IMG/VR virus record: IMGVR_UViG_3300028859_000013
Coordinates: 47,324 to 111,323 of that record
DNA length: 64,000 nucleotides
Reading direction: 5' to 3' (one strand)
Source of the DNA: a virus
Made by a program: the position numbers and the translations under genes. The notes beneath the pieces were generated by a model. That model was not told the DNA's origin and made no database searches. It saw only the letters and a list, made by a program, of their open reading frames with translations. Below, piece by piece: positions 22,253-29,319 of this stretch (its first letter is position 1; each line of letters starts with the position of its first letter).

Positions 22253-23620
22253 GTAGTATTTAATATCTTTAATTAAATCAATGAAAAACAATGATTTTTT
22301 AATGAATATTTTCATTAAAATTATTATAAACTTTAAATTAAAATAATACTATAAATTAAATGTTAAAGGCAATTAAAATAAGACTGTATCCAAGTGAAGA
22401 TAAAATTATTGATATAAATAAATTGATTGGATCTGCACGATTTGTTTATAACAAATGTCTTAGTTTTAAATCAATTGAATATGGGTTATTTAATACTTCA
22501 ACAGGCATAGGTCAAACAAACAAACACTACATAGAATTAAAAACTAAATATTCATGGCTTGGTGAAGCACACTCAAAGGTAATGCAACAATCCATGATGA
22601 ATCTTGAACAGGCCTTTAGTAATTTCTTTAAAGACCTAAAGAAAGGTGATAAAAAGATCGGAGTTGGTTACCCAGACTTCAAGAAAAAGAAATTTAAAGA
22701 AACATGTAGATTTCCAAGTGATGCGATATCAAGTGTCAAAGGAAATAGAATTAATATCATTAAATCTTTAAAAAATATTCATTTTAAATGTTCCGTAAGT
22801 GATGAAAAATACCTAAACAAACATCAAAAAGAAATTAAATCAGGGACGTTAACTAAGACTAAATCAGGACATTATATATTTAGTATTTTAATTGATCGTC
22901 CAAATAAAACTTTAAAGAAAGCTACAAATGATGTCATTGGTTTAGATTTAGGCATTAAGGATTTCATCGTAACGTCCGAAGGACAAAAGTATGAAAATCT
23001 TAAAATTAAAAGAAAGAATGAAGTCAAATTATCAAGACTTTACAGGCAATTATCAAGAAAAAAGAAAGGTTCGAAGAATAAAAATAAGACAAGGATAAAG
23101 CTTGCTAAGTTTCATGAAAAATTAAATAATCAAAAAGAATACTACTTACATCAAACGGTGAATCAAATCCTTAGTGAAAACCAAACTATCGGTATTGAAA
23201 ACCTTAATGTAAAAGGCATGATGAAAAATCATAATTTAGCTAAATCTATCCAGGAAGTGTCCTGGTCAAGGTTTAGAACGATATTAACCTATAAATCTGA
23301 ATGGTATAACCGTGAAGTAATTGTTGTTGATAGATTTTTCGCTTCCACTAAACTATGTAGTGAGTGTGGTTACAAAAATGATGACTTGACGTTGAAAGAT
23401 AGATTCTGGATTTGCCCTAAGTGCGGTAAATTACATGATCGTGACATCAATTCAGGAATAAATATTAAAATAGAAGTAATTAGAATTAAAATAGGACTGA
23501 GTTCACCCAAATCAACGCTTCAGGAGAGTAAATCCATTAGATCCTCTGTGAATGAAGAAACAAACAGTAAAAGACCTAAAATGATTAAACAGTGATTTCA
23601 TTGTTTTTCATTATTTTACC
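22253..23620 (+). mobile_element. TnpB-only IS200/IS605- or IS607-type element
   Basis: boundaries (+/-1 nt) defined by in-frame restoration of host gene; 15-bp subterminal inverted repeat; no tnpA. Confidence 0.8.
22360..23595 (+). CDS. tnpB: TnpB RNA-guided endonuclease
   Basis: MLKAIKIRLYP HTH; RuvC GLDLG, IENL, DRDIN; CSECG/CPKCG Zn finger. Confidence 0.95.
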   Translation: MLKAIKIRLYPSEDKIIDINKLIGSARFVYNKCLSFKSIEYGLFNTSTGIGQTNKHYIELKTKYSWLGEAHSKVMQQSMMNLEQAFSNFFKDLKKGDKKIGVGYPDFKKKKFKETCRFPSDAISSVKGNRINIIKSLKNIHFKCSVSDEKYLNKHQKEIKSGTLTKTKSGHYIFSILIDRPNKTLKKATNDVIGLDLGIKDFIVTSEGQKYENLKIKRKNEVKLSRLYRQLSRKKKGSKNKNKTRIKLAKFHEKLNNQKEYYLHQTVNQILSENQTIGIENLNVKGMMKNHNLAKSIQEVSWSRFRTILTYKSEWYNREVIVVDRFFASTKLCSECGYKNDDLTLKDRFWICPKCGKLHDRDINSGINIKIEVIRIKIGLSSPKSTLQESKSIRSSVNEETNSKRPKMIKQ

Positions 23621-23791
23621 GAACTATGGAATGGTATGATGAAGATGAGATAGAAAACCATGATGATTTAGGAGTATTTACTCCAGAAAGAAATTTAGAT
23701 GAAGATATAACAAAAGCATATAAATCTAATAAAAAAGATTTTACAAAATTTAACATATAAAATAATTTAAACATTATTTATAAAAAATAAT

Positions 23792-24839
23792 AATGATTAT
23801 CCGCAAAGTATGCAGTTCTAAATTTTAACTTTACTGTATGTTAAATGTTTAAAGTTTGATTCGTAAGATGCGGTAACAGCGAGTAATCTTTCAAAGGGGT
23901 CAAGGGGTATTTTGATCCGATTGAATTTGTAGCAAAATTCATTCAAATACCCTTGAAGGAATTCTGATTTTATACCGTGATACATATCATCAATCAATGA
24001 TTTTGCATTACTTATGGCTATGTGTACCCAAGGCAGTACCTTAGCGATTTTTTCAGGTGGAACAACCGAAGCATCGTGTTGGGCAAAATGGTCTTTGAAG
24101 TTCGTGTATGAGGTAGAGCCGTCAGTTGTAATTTTTGCATCTTTATCTATCGATGTATTTGCTTTCTGATCTATAGTTACTGCTTTTAAGTCGGGAATAA
24201 CTATCATTTTCAGATGATTGACCCGTTTAGGCTTTTGTGGGTTTTTGGGATTTTCAACCTGCTCACTTTCGACCATTACAAGTACTTTGCTTTTTTTCTG
24301 ACTGCCACGTCCACGTTTCAATGGTTCGTTTTTTCCTTTTTCATCTCGTTCGGTAGAGAAAAAGCCTTCATCAAGTTCTATCATCCCGGACAAGGTATAT
24401 TGGGCATCGCGTTGCCCCATTACACTACGGATCTTATGAAGCATTTCCCAAATGGGTTGATATCGTTTATGACCTAATTGTCGTTGCATCTCAGAGGCTG
24501 AAAAAGTCTTTTTTGTACTTGTCATCAAATGAATGGCTTTAAACCAATATAAAAAAGGCAATTTAGAACCGTGCATAATAGTGCCTGAACGTAAAGACCT
24601 ACGACAATGACAGGATTTACATTCAAAATGCATCGAAGCAGGTAACCATGTATGCTCTTTATTACCGCAATGAGGACATACAATACCGGATTTAATCCGC
24701 ATCTCTTTGAATTTTTCAATACAAACGGCTTCATTTGGGAAGTGTTTGTCAAAGTCTAATAGTTTCATATAACTGTTGATTTATTACTCTAAAGATACGA
24801 AATATTCTTGACAAAATGTGTTAAATGCGGATAATCATA
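23792..24839 (-). mobile_element. IS1595-family insertion sequence
   Basis: perfect 13-bp IR ATGATTATCCGCA; 8-bp direct repeat AAAATAAT on both sides; visibly higher GC than flanks. Confidence 0.92.
23818..24768 (-). CDS. IS1595-family DDE transposase
   Basis: CPHC..CKSC Zn ribbon, IELDEGF, KRGRGS, ITTDG, YLNEFCYKFNR. Confidence 0.93.
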   Translation of the reverse strand: MKLLDFDKHFPNEAVCIEKFKEMRIKSGIVCPHCGNKEHTWLPASMHFECKSCHCRRSLRSGTIMHGSKLPFLYWFKAIHLMTSTKKTFSASEMQRQLGHKRYQPIWEMLHKIRSVMGQRDAQYTLSGMIELDEGFFSTERDEKGKNEPLKRGRGSQKKSKVLVMVESEQVENPKNPQKPKRVNHLKMIVIPDLKAVTIDQKANTSIDKDAKITTDGSTSYTNFKDHFAQHDASVVPPEKIAKVLPWVHIAISNAKSLIDDMYHGIKSEFLQGYLNEFCYKFNRIKIPLDPFERLLAVTASYESNFKHLTYSKVKI

Positions 24840-24865
24840 AAAATAATATAACAAATAAAAATAAT

Positions 24866-25612
24866 ATGATATTTAAAAGATATAACGATTTTTTGGTAGA
24901 AAATGCATTATTTAAAGGTGATTATGATAGATATGACAATTACTTTGATGATATAGAAAATAATAAAAAAACATTAAAAAATTTTGATATTGAGATAAAT
25001 TTATTGATTTCTAGATTTAAAAATCTGGATTATACTAAAATAAAGTTTAGTAAATCAAGATATAAGGATGATGAAAATTTTGAAATAAAATTTCCTATTG
25101 AGATAAAGACTTTAATTACTCCTTTTGACGGATTATTACAAGAAATAGAAAATAGAAATGATGTATTATATCATAAAATAATTAATTCATATTTTAATGG
25201 AAATGAACCAATTTTTTTATTTGATGTTCAAATAGAAAGAAATTATTTTAATAAATTTCATTTTCCAGTTGATTTACCAGTAATTTTTAGAAATCTTGGA
25301 TTAGGTAAGAAAATAATCAAAGCAGCAATATACAATTTTGAATATTTATTATTTACAAAAGAAGATGACTCATTTGAACTAAAAACCACAGTTCATTCTA
25401 TCACAGAAATGAAAGATGTATATTCTTTCATGAAAGAACAAAATATATTAATATTTAAAGATGACTTTGATTTAATTAAAAAAATATTACCTAAGTTTTT
25501 TAGTGATGATTATGATAATAAATATACATTAGATGAAGATTTTTTTATTAAATATAAAGATGAAATAACTAACGATGAATTTTTATCAGAATTATATAAA
25601 AATAAATTATAA
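24866..25612 (+). CDS. GNAT-like protein with CTS-like N-terminus
   Basis: start moved to MIFKRYNDFLVE (24818 start lies in IS end); FRNLGLGKKII motif; paralog of 39234-39911. Confidence 0.6.
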   Translation: MIFKRYNDFLVENALFKGDYDRYDNYFDDIENNKKTLKNFDIEINLLISRFKNLDYTKIKFSKSRYKDDENFEIKFPIEIKTLITPFDGLLQEIENRNDVLYHKIINSYFNGNEPIFLFDVQIERNYFNKFHFPVDLPVIFRNLGLGKKIIKAAIYNFEYLLFTKEDDSFELKTTVHSITEMKDVYSFMKEQNILIFKDDFDLIKKILPKFFSDDYDNKYTLDEDFFIKYKDEITNDEFLSELYKNKL

Positions 25613-25627
25613 AAATATCTAAAATAT

Positions 25628-25658
25628 TTTGATATATAAAATGTATTTATTATCTTTG
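25628..25658 (+). promoter_or_regulatory. Bacteroidota primary-sigma promoter
   Basis: TTTG-N19-TATCTTTG, 18 nt before ATG 25677. Confidence 0.75.
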
Positions 25659-25676
25659 TGACTTAAAAATTAAATC

Positions 25677-26027
25677 ATGAATATAATAAATTTTTTATTT
25701 TATAAATCAGAAAAAACTATGCACATAAATAGTACAGATATTGATAATTGTACTAGATATAAAGATAAATGGATCCAACCTTATACAGAAGTTATTAAAA
25801 ATAAAATAATTACTGATTCTAATAAAATGATAGATGAAGTGAATTTGAAATATAAAAGAAAAAATAAAAAAGAACTTATTATTGAAATAACTTTATGCTT
25901 AAATAGAATAGATAGAAACTATGATGATCACGGAATTAGTAATAAACAATATCAAGCAGAATTTGAGCATTTTATAAAATCAACAATACTAATATATAAA
26001 AATAACGTAATATATGAAAGTAGATAA
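25677..26027 (+). CDS. hypothetical protein
   Basis: 116 aa ORF after host-type promoter. Confidence 0.65.
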   Translation: MNIINFLFYKSEKTMHINSTDIDNCTRYKDKWIQPYTEVIKNKIITDSNKMIDEVNLKYKRKNKKELIIEITLCLNRIDRNYDDHGISNKQYQAEFEHFIKSTILIYKNNVIYESR

Positions 26028-26421
26028 ATTTAATGAGACATACGAAGAAATAATTCATATTGAAGGTAATGATGTATCAAATGATTCAGTACCAATAACA
26101 AATAATCGTGATATATTAACTTATATGGTTAATATTCAAACTGATGCATTTAAATCTCATAAATTAGTATTAACTAGTAATTTAATTGAACCTTTAACAA
26201 AAATTTTTGGTACTCAAAATAAAACAATGAGACTTGAGTTTATGACAAAGTTGTGGGTTTTAAAATTTAAAGATTTGACATTTAATGTTTATACAGCAAA
26301 GAATAGAGGAACATCTTATGAAGTTTGTGACTATTCATATGAAGATATTCGTACAGATAAATTATTAACAAAAAAAATTATAGAATTTTTAGATGAATTG
26401 TATAAATTAATAAACGAATAA
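26014..26421 (+). CDS. hypothetical protein
   Basis: 135 aa, MKVDKFNE start. Confidence 0.7.
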   Translation: MKVDKFNETYEEIIHIEGNDVSNDSVPITNNRDILTYMVNIQTDAFKSHKLVLTSNLIEPLTKIFGTQNKTMRLEFMTKLWVLKFKDLTFNVYTAKNRGTSYEVCDYSYEDIRTDKLLTKKIIEFLDELYKLINE

Positions 26422-26426
26422 ATAAT

Positions 26427-26768
26427 ATGAAAAAAGCTTATATCGTAAAACTAATTGATGGCGATAATGATACCATTATGAAACTTGTTGATCAGGAAAC
26501 TTGGAATTGGATAAATTTAGATAAATCTGGACAACCAACTCCTACTAAGGTGAAAAAATTTAAATTTTTTGCTACTGCTACTGGTGGTAGATGGGATGAT
26601 AAATTGTGTCCAGATTCAATCCGAGAACGGATCAAAAATGATACAGAATTAAATAATTGTATTTTTGATGGTGTTTGGATAACAGAAGGTACTTGGAACA
26701 ACGATAGAGCTATATTAGCACCAGCATTAGAAGATAATAACGAAGATTTTAAAAATAGAAAAAAATGA
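26427..26768 (+). CDS. hypothetical protein
   Basis: 113 aa ORF in operon. Confidence 0.65.
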   Translation: MKKAYIVKLIDGDNDTIMKLVDQETWNWINLDKSGQPTPTKVKKFKFFATATGGRWDDKLCPDSIRERIKNDTELNNCIFDGVWITEGTWNNDRAILAPALEDNNEDFKNRKK

Positions 26769-26840
26769 CTTTTTTTATATAATATATAAGAAAGTAGAAA
26801 ATAAAATAAACAAAATACAAATTTAAATATATACAATATC

Positions 26841-26939
26841 ATGAACAACATTAGTAGAAATATCACAGCAGTCACAACAACAACTACCCCCGCAGGAGGC
26901 AGACCAGTCGTGTATTTGGGTGATAATAATCTAAGTTGA
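26841..26939 (+). CDS. putative attenuator leader peptide MNNISRNITAVTTTTTPAGGRPVVYLGDNNLS
   Basis: 32-aa ORF (not in ORF track) with Thr run, followed by terminator, preceding tRNA array. Confidence 0.75.
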   Translation: MNNISRNITAVTTTTTPAGGRPVVYLGDNNLS

Positions 26940-27010
26940 TATTTTTATAAAATATTTTAATAGTGTTAAAAACCCAAAGATGATTATTCAACTTTGGGTT
27001 TTTTCTTTTT
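26915..27010 (+). promoter_or_regulatory. attenuator: antiterminator plus intrinsic terminator
   Basis: terminator AAAAACCCAAAG(26968-79)/CTTTGGGTTTTT(26992-27003) plus U tract; TTTGGGT (26915-21, inside leader) can alternatively pair with ACCCAAA (26972-78). Confidence 0.7.
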
Positions 27011-27022
27011 AAATAATTAATT

Positions 27023-27100
27023 GGTCCTGTATTGGCAGAATTTCCTAAATTCTATGTGCATAATGGAATGAAAATGAGAGTTCAAATCTCTTCTGGACTA
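27023..27100 (+). tRNA. atypical tRNA-Arg(CCT)-like, D-arm absent, D-loop-like segment 3' of anticodon arm
   Basis: GGTCCTG/CTGGACT acceptor; AGAAT-TTCCTAA-ATTCT; GAGAG-TTCAAAT-CTCTT. Confidence 0.65.
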
Positions 27101-27110
27101 CAATAAACAT

Positions 27111-27171
27111 CGGGAGTATGTGGTAGTGTCTCGGGTACCGACACAAGAAAGTTCGACTCTTTCTCTTCCGA
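27111..27171 (+). tRNA. D-armless tRNA-Pro-like gene (CGG/GGG in a 9-nt loop)
   Basis: CGGGAGT/TCTTCCG-A acceptor (C1:G72, A73); GTGTC-TCGGGTACC-GACAC; GAAAG-TTCGACT-CTTTC. Confidence 0.5.
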
Positions 27172-27188
27172 CAAAGGTTGAATTAAAT

Positions 27189-27261
27189 ATGGATGTAGTT
27201 CAGTAGGTAGAATGCTTGGTTTGGGACCAAGTGGTCGGGATTTCGAGCATCCCCATCCATA
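27189..27261 (+). tRNA. tRNA-Pro(TGG)
   Basis: full cloverleaf, CTTGG-TTTGGGA-CCAAG; unusual A1:U72. Confidence 0.88.
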
Positions 27262-27272
27262 CATATAATAAT

Positions 27273-27349
27273 AGTCCTGTAATGGCATGGTTTTCTAAAC
27301 CATAAGTGCATAACGGATGTGAATGTGGGTTCGAATCCCATCAGGATTA
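27273..27349 (+). tRNA. atypical tRNA-Arg(TCT)-like, D-arm absent, D-loop-like hairpin 3' of anticodon arm
   Basis: AGTCCTG/CAGGATT; ATGGT-TTTCTAA-ACCAT; GTGGG-TTCGAAT-CCCAT. Confidence 0.7.
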
Positions 27350-27358
27350 CAAAAATAA

Positions 27359-27433
27359 GGGGGCTCATGTTCCAAGGCTCGGCGATGAATATTTGCAATA
27401 TTTGTGAGGTGAATCCGATTTTCACAGTCTCCA
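27359..27433 (+). tRNA. tRNA-Ala(TGC), atypical D and T loops
   Basis: GGGGGCT/AGTCTCC with G3:U70; GAATA-TTTGCAA-TATTT. Confidence 0.75.
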
Positions 27434-27467
27434 CTATTTTTTGTTGGGTTCAAAATGATTATAATTT

Positions 27468-27542
27468 GCAGATATAGTATAACGGCTAGTACATAACATT
27501 GCCAATGTTAAGATACCTTTTCGAGTAAGGTTATCTGCTCCA
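27468..27542 (+). tRNA. tRNA-Gly(GCC)
   Basis: cloverleaf, TAACA-TTGCCAA-TGTTA, U73, encoded CCA. Confidence 0.9.
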
Positions 27543-27638
27543 AGTATTTATGGACATTTTTTATTAATAAGTGAAAATAATAGTTCGTTTTTGAGTTTAT
27601 GCTCATCAATATTTTTATATATACAAATAAAAAGTTGT

Positions 27639-28808
27639 ATGGTAGAATATTGTAAATTTTGTGGTAAAGACATTAAGGATTTAAAGCCAACACAAAAAGG
27701 TCAGCATGTTGCAAATTGTAGCATGAATCCAAATATAAAAATAATTAAGGATAAAAGAGCATTATCAAAAATAGAAACACAGAGAGCAAAAAATCCAATA
27801 TTGAAAATTAAGTTGAGATGCTTAAATTGTAATGAGGAATTTGAAATTGATGTGATTGAAAGTTATTATAAACGTGGTAGGTATAAAAAATGTTGTTGCG
27901 AAAAATGTGCAAAGCAATATTCAACAAAAAATTATGATGACGATATATTAAAAAAAGATTTTTGTAAAGAATGTGGAGAAGAATTTTTAGTTAAAAATAG
28001 AACAAAAATAGGTATATCAACATGTACAAAATGTAGAAAATTAAAAAGAAATAGAGGCAAAAATATAAAAAATATTAATAAAAAACTTGGTGATAAAAAT
28101 ATTATAGAAAAAATATTAGTATGTAAATTTTGTGGTGACGAAAAATGTAAAAAACCAGAAGTGTGTTCAAAATTTAGACAAAAAAATAATGTTTATGAAA
28201 AATATTTAGGTTTTGATAGTAGTAAAAAAGGAAATAATGATGTGTATACTGAGTTTGATAGAATTATAAATGAATTAAAATTTGATTATTTTGATAAAGA
28301 ATTGTCTATTGTTGAAATAAGCAAAAAGTATAATATGAATTATAAATCTATGTATTTAATATTTAAAAAGAATAATATTGTTATTAGAACATTTTCTGAA
28401 GCTGTAATGAATTCTATTAAAAATGGAAAAATAAATTATAATAATATAGTGCAATATCCATATAAATCTGGAATGTATATAACATGGAAAGGTGATAACG
28501 TACATTATAGAAGCAATTATGAGAAAGAATATTATTCTATTTTGGATGATAAAAAAGTGAATTATGAAGTTGAAAGTTTAAGAATACAATATTATGATAC
28601 ACAAAAGAAAAAAATAAGAATTGCAATACCAGATATTTATATTAAAGAAATAAATGAAATTATTGAGATAAAAAGTAAATGGACTTTGAATGAAATAAAT
28701 ATGAAAGATAAAGTAAAATCATATAAAAAACTAGGATATAATGTTAGATTGATTGTTGGTGAAGGAAATAAGAATTTTTTTAAAAATACAATTGATATAA
28801 TATATTAA
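27639..28808 (+). CDS. Zn-finger plus TnsA-like PD-(D/E)XK endonuclease in tRNA array
   Basis: multiple CxxC; YRSNYE..PDIYI..IIEIKS; likely ATG start 27639. Confidence 0.75.
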   Translation: MVEYCKFCGKDIKDLKPTQKGQHVANCSMNPNIKIIKDKRALSKIETQRAKNPILKIKLRCLNCNEEFEIDVIESYYKRGRYKKCCCEKCAKQYSTKNYDDDILKKDFCKECGEEFLVKNRTKIGISTCTKCRKLKRNRGKNIKNINKKLGDKNIIEKILVCKFCGDEKCKKPEVCSKFRQKNNVYEKYLGFDSSKKGNNDVYTEFDRIINELKFDYFDKELSIVEISKKYNMNYKSMYLIFKKNNIVIRTFSEAVMNSIKNGKINYNNIVQYPYKSGMYITWKGDNVHYRSNYEKEYYSILDDKKVNYEVESLRIQYYDTQKKKIRIAIPDIYIKEINEIIEIKSKWTLNEINMKDKVKSYKKLGYNVRLIVGEGNKNFFKNTIDIIY

Positions 28809-28813
28809 AATAT

Positions 28814-28884
28814 GCAAAATGTAGCTTAACGGTAAAGTATCTGATTTCCAATCAGAAGACGGGGCTCAACACCCACATTTTGCT
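28814..28884 (+). tRNA. tRNA-Gly(TCC), atypical 8-bp acceptor and short T stem
   Basis: GCAAAATG/CATTTTGC; TCTGA-TTTCCAA-TCAGA; T loop CTCAACA. Confidence 0.75.
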
Positions 28885-28891
28885 CATAATC

Positions 28892-28964
28892 AGGACTTTA
28901 GCTCAGTTGGTAGAGCGCAACTATTACAAAGTTGATGTCATCGGTTCGATTCCGATAAGTCCTA
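28892..28964 (+). tRNA. tRNA-Val(TAC)
   Basis: cloverleaf, CAACT-ATTACAA-AGTTG. Confidence 0.92.
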
Positions 28965-28975
28965 CGAAAATAATT

Positions 28976-29046
28976 GCACTTATCGTATAATGATATTACT
29001 TTGGCGTTGTATACCAAAAATTTCGGTTTGATCCCGAATAGGTGCT
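28976..29046 (+). tRNA. tRNA-Thr(TGT), divergent
   Basis: GCACTTA/TAGGTGC; TTGGC-GTTGTAT-ACCAA; TTCGG-TTTGATC-CCGAA. Confidence 0.7.
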
Positions 29047-29090
29047 CAATAAAATAAACTTTTATTTTATTTTTTAATATATAAACATAT

Positions 29091-29163
29091 GCCATTATGA
29101 TGTAATGGATTAGCATTAAAACCTTCTAAGTTTTTCGTCAGCGTTCGAATCGCTGTAATGGTA
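29091..29163 (+). tRNA. tRNA-Arg(TCT)
   Basis: cloverleaf, AAAAC-CTTCTAA-GTTTT, D loop AATGGATT. Confidence 0.92.
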
Positions 29164-29164
29164 C

Positions 29165-29206
29165 AAAAATAAAAATCAATCATTATTATGATTGATTTTT
29201 ATTTTT
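29165..29206 (+). terminator. terminator closing the tRNA array
   Basis: AAAAATAAAAATCAATCAT/ATGATTGATTTTTATTTTT. Confidence 0.75.
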
Positions 29207-29319
29207 AATTAAATAATTTTTACAAATTGAATTTATTTCCGTTATATAAAAGTTCTAATTTTTCAGGTAATTTATATATTTTCACATTATATTATATATT
29301 AATTTTTATATATAGATTT

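Larger units (their letters stand above)
22015..23760 (+). pseudogene. CTS/KFNI family gene split by TnpB element, with TAA at codon 4
   Basis: MKI*KFEAY...GIEIG (to 22252) rejoins at 23621 in frame: GTMEWYDE...TKFNI*. Confidence 0.8.

Noticed and set aside
22253-23620. IStron (group I intron plus TnpB)
   Set aside because: Only about 107 nt precede tnpB, too short for a group I core, and no P7-like motifs are seen.
27082-29116. ORFs 27082-27288, 27183-27434 and 28898-29116
   Set aside because: Antisense shadows of tRNA genes.
27023-29163. Amber suppressor tRNAs (CTA visible in loops TTCCTAA, TTTCTAA, CTTCTAA)
   Set aside because: With 5-bp stems and 7-nt loops the central triplets are CCT and TCT (Arg).
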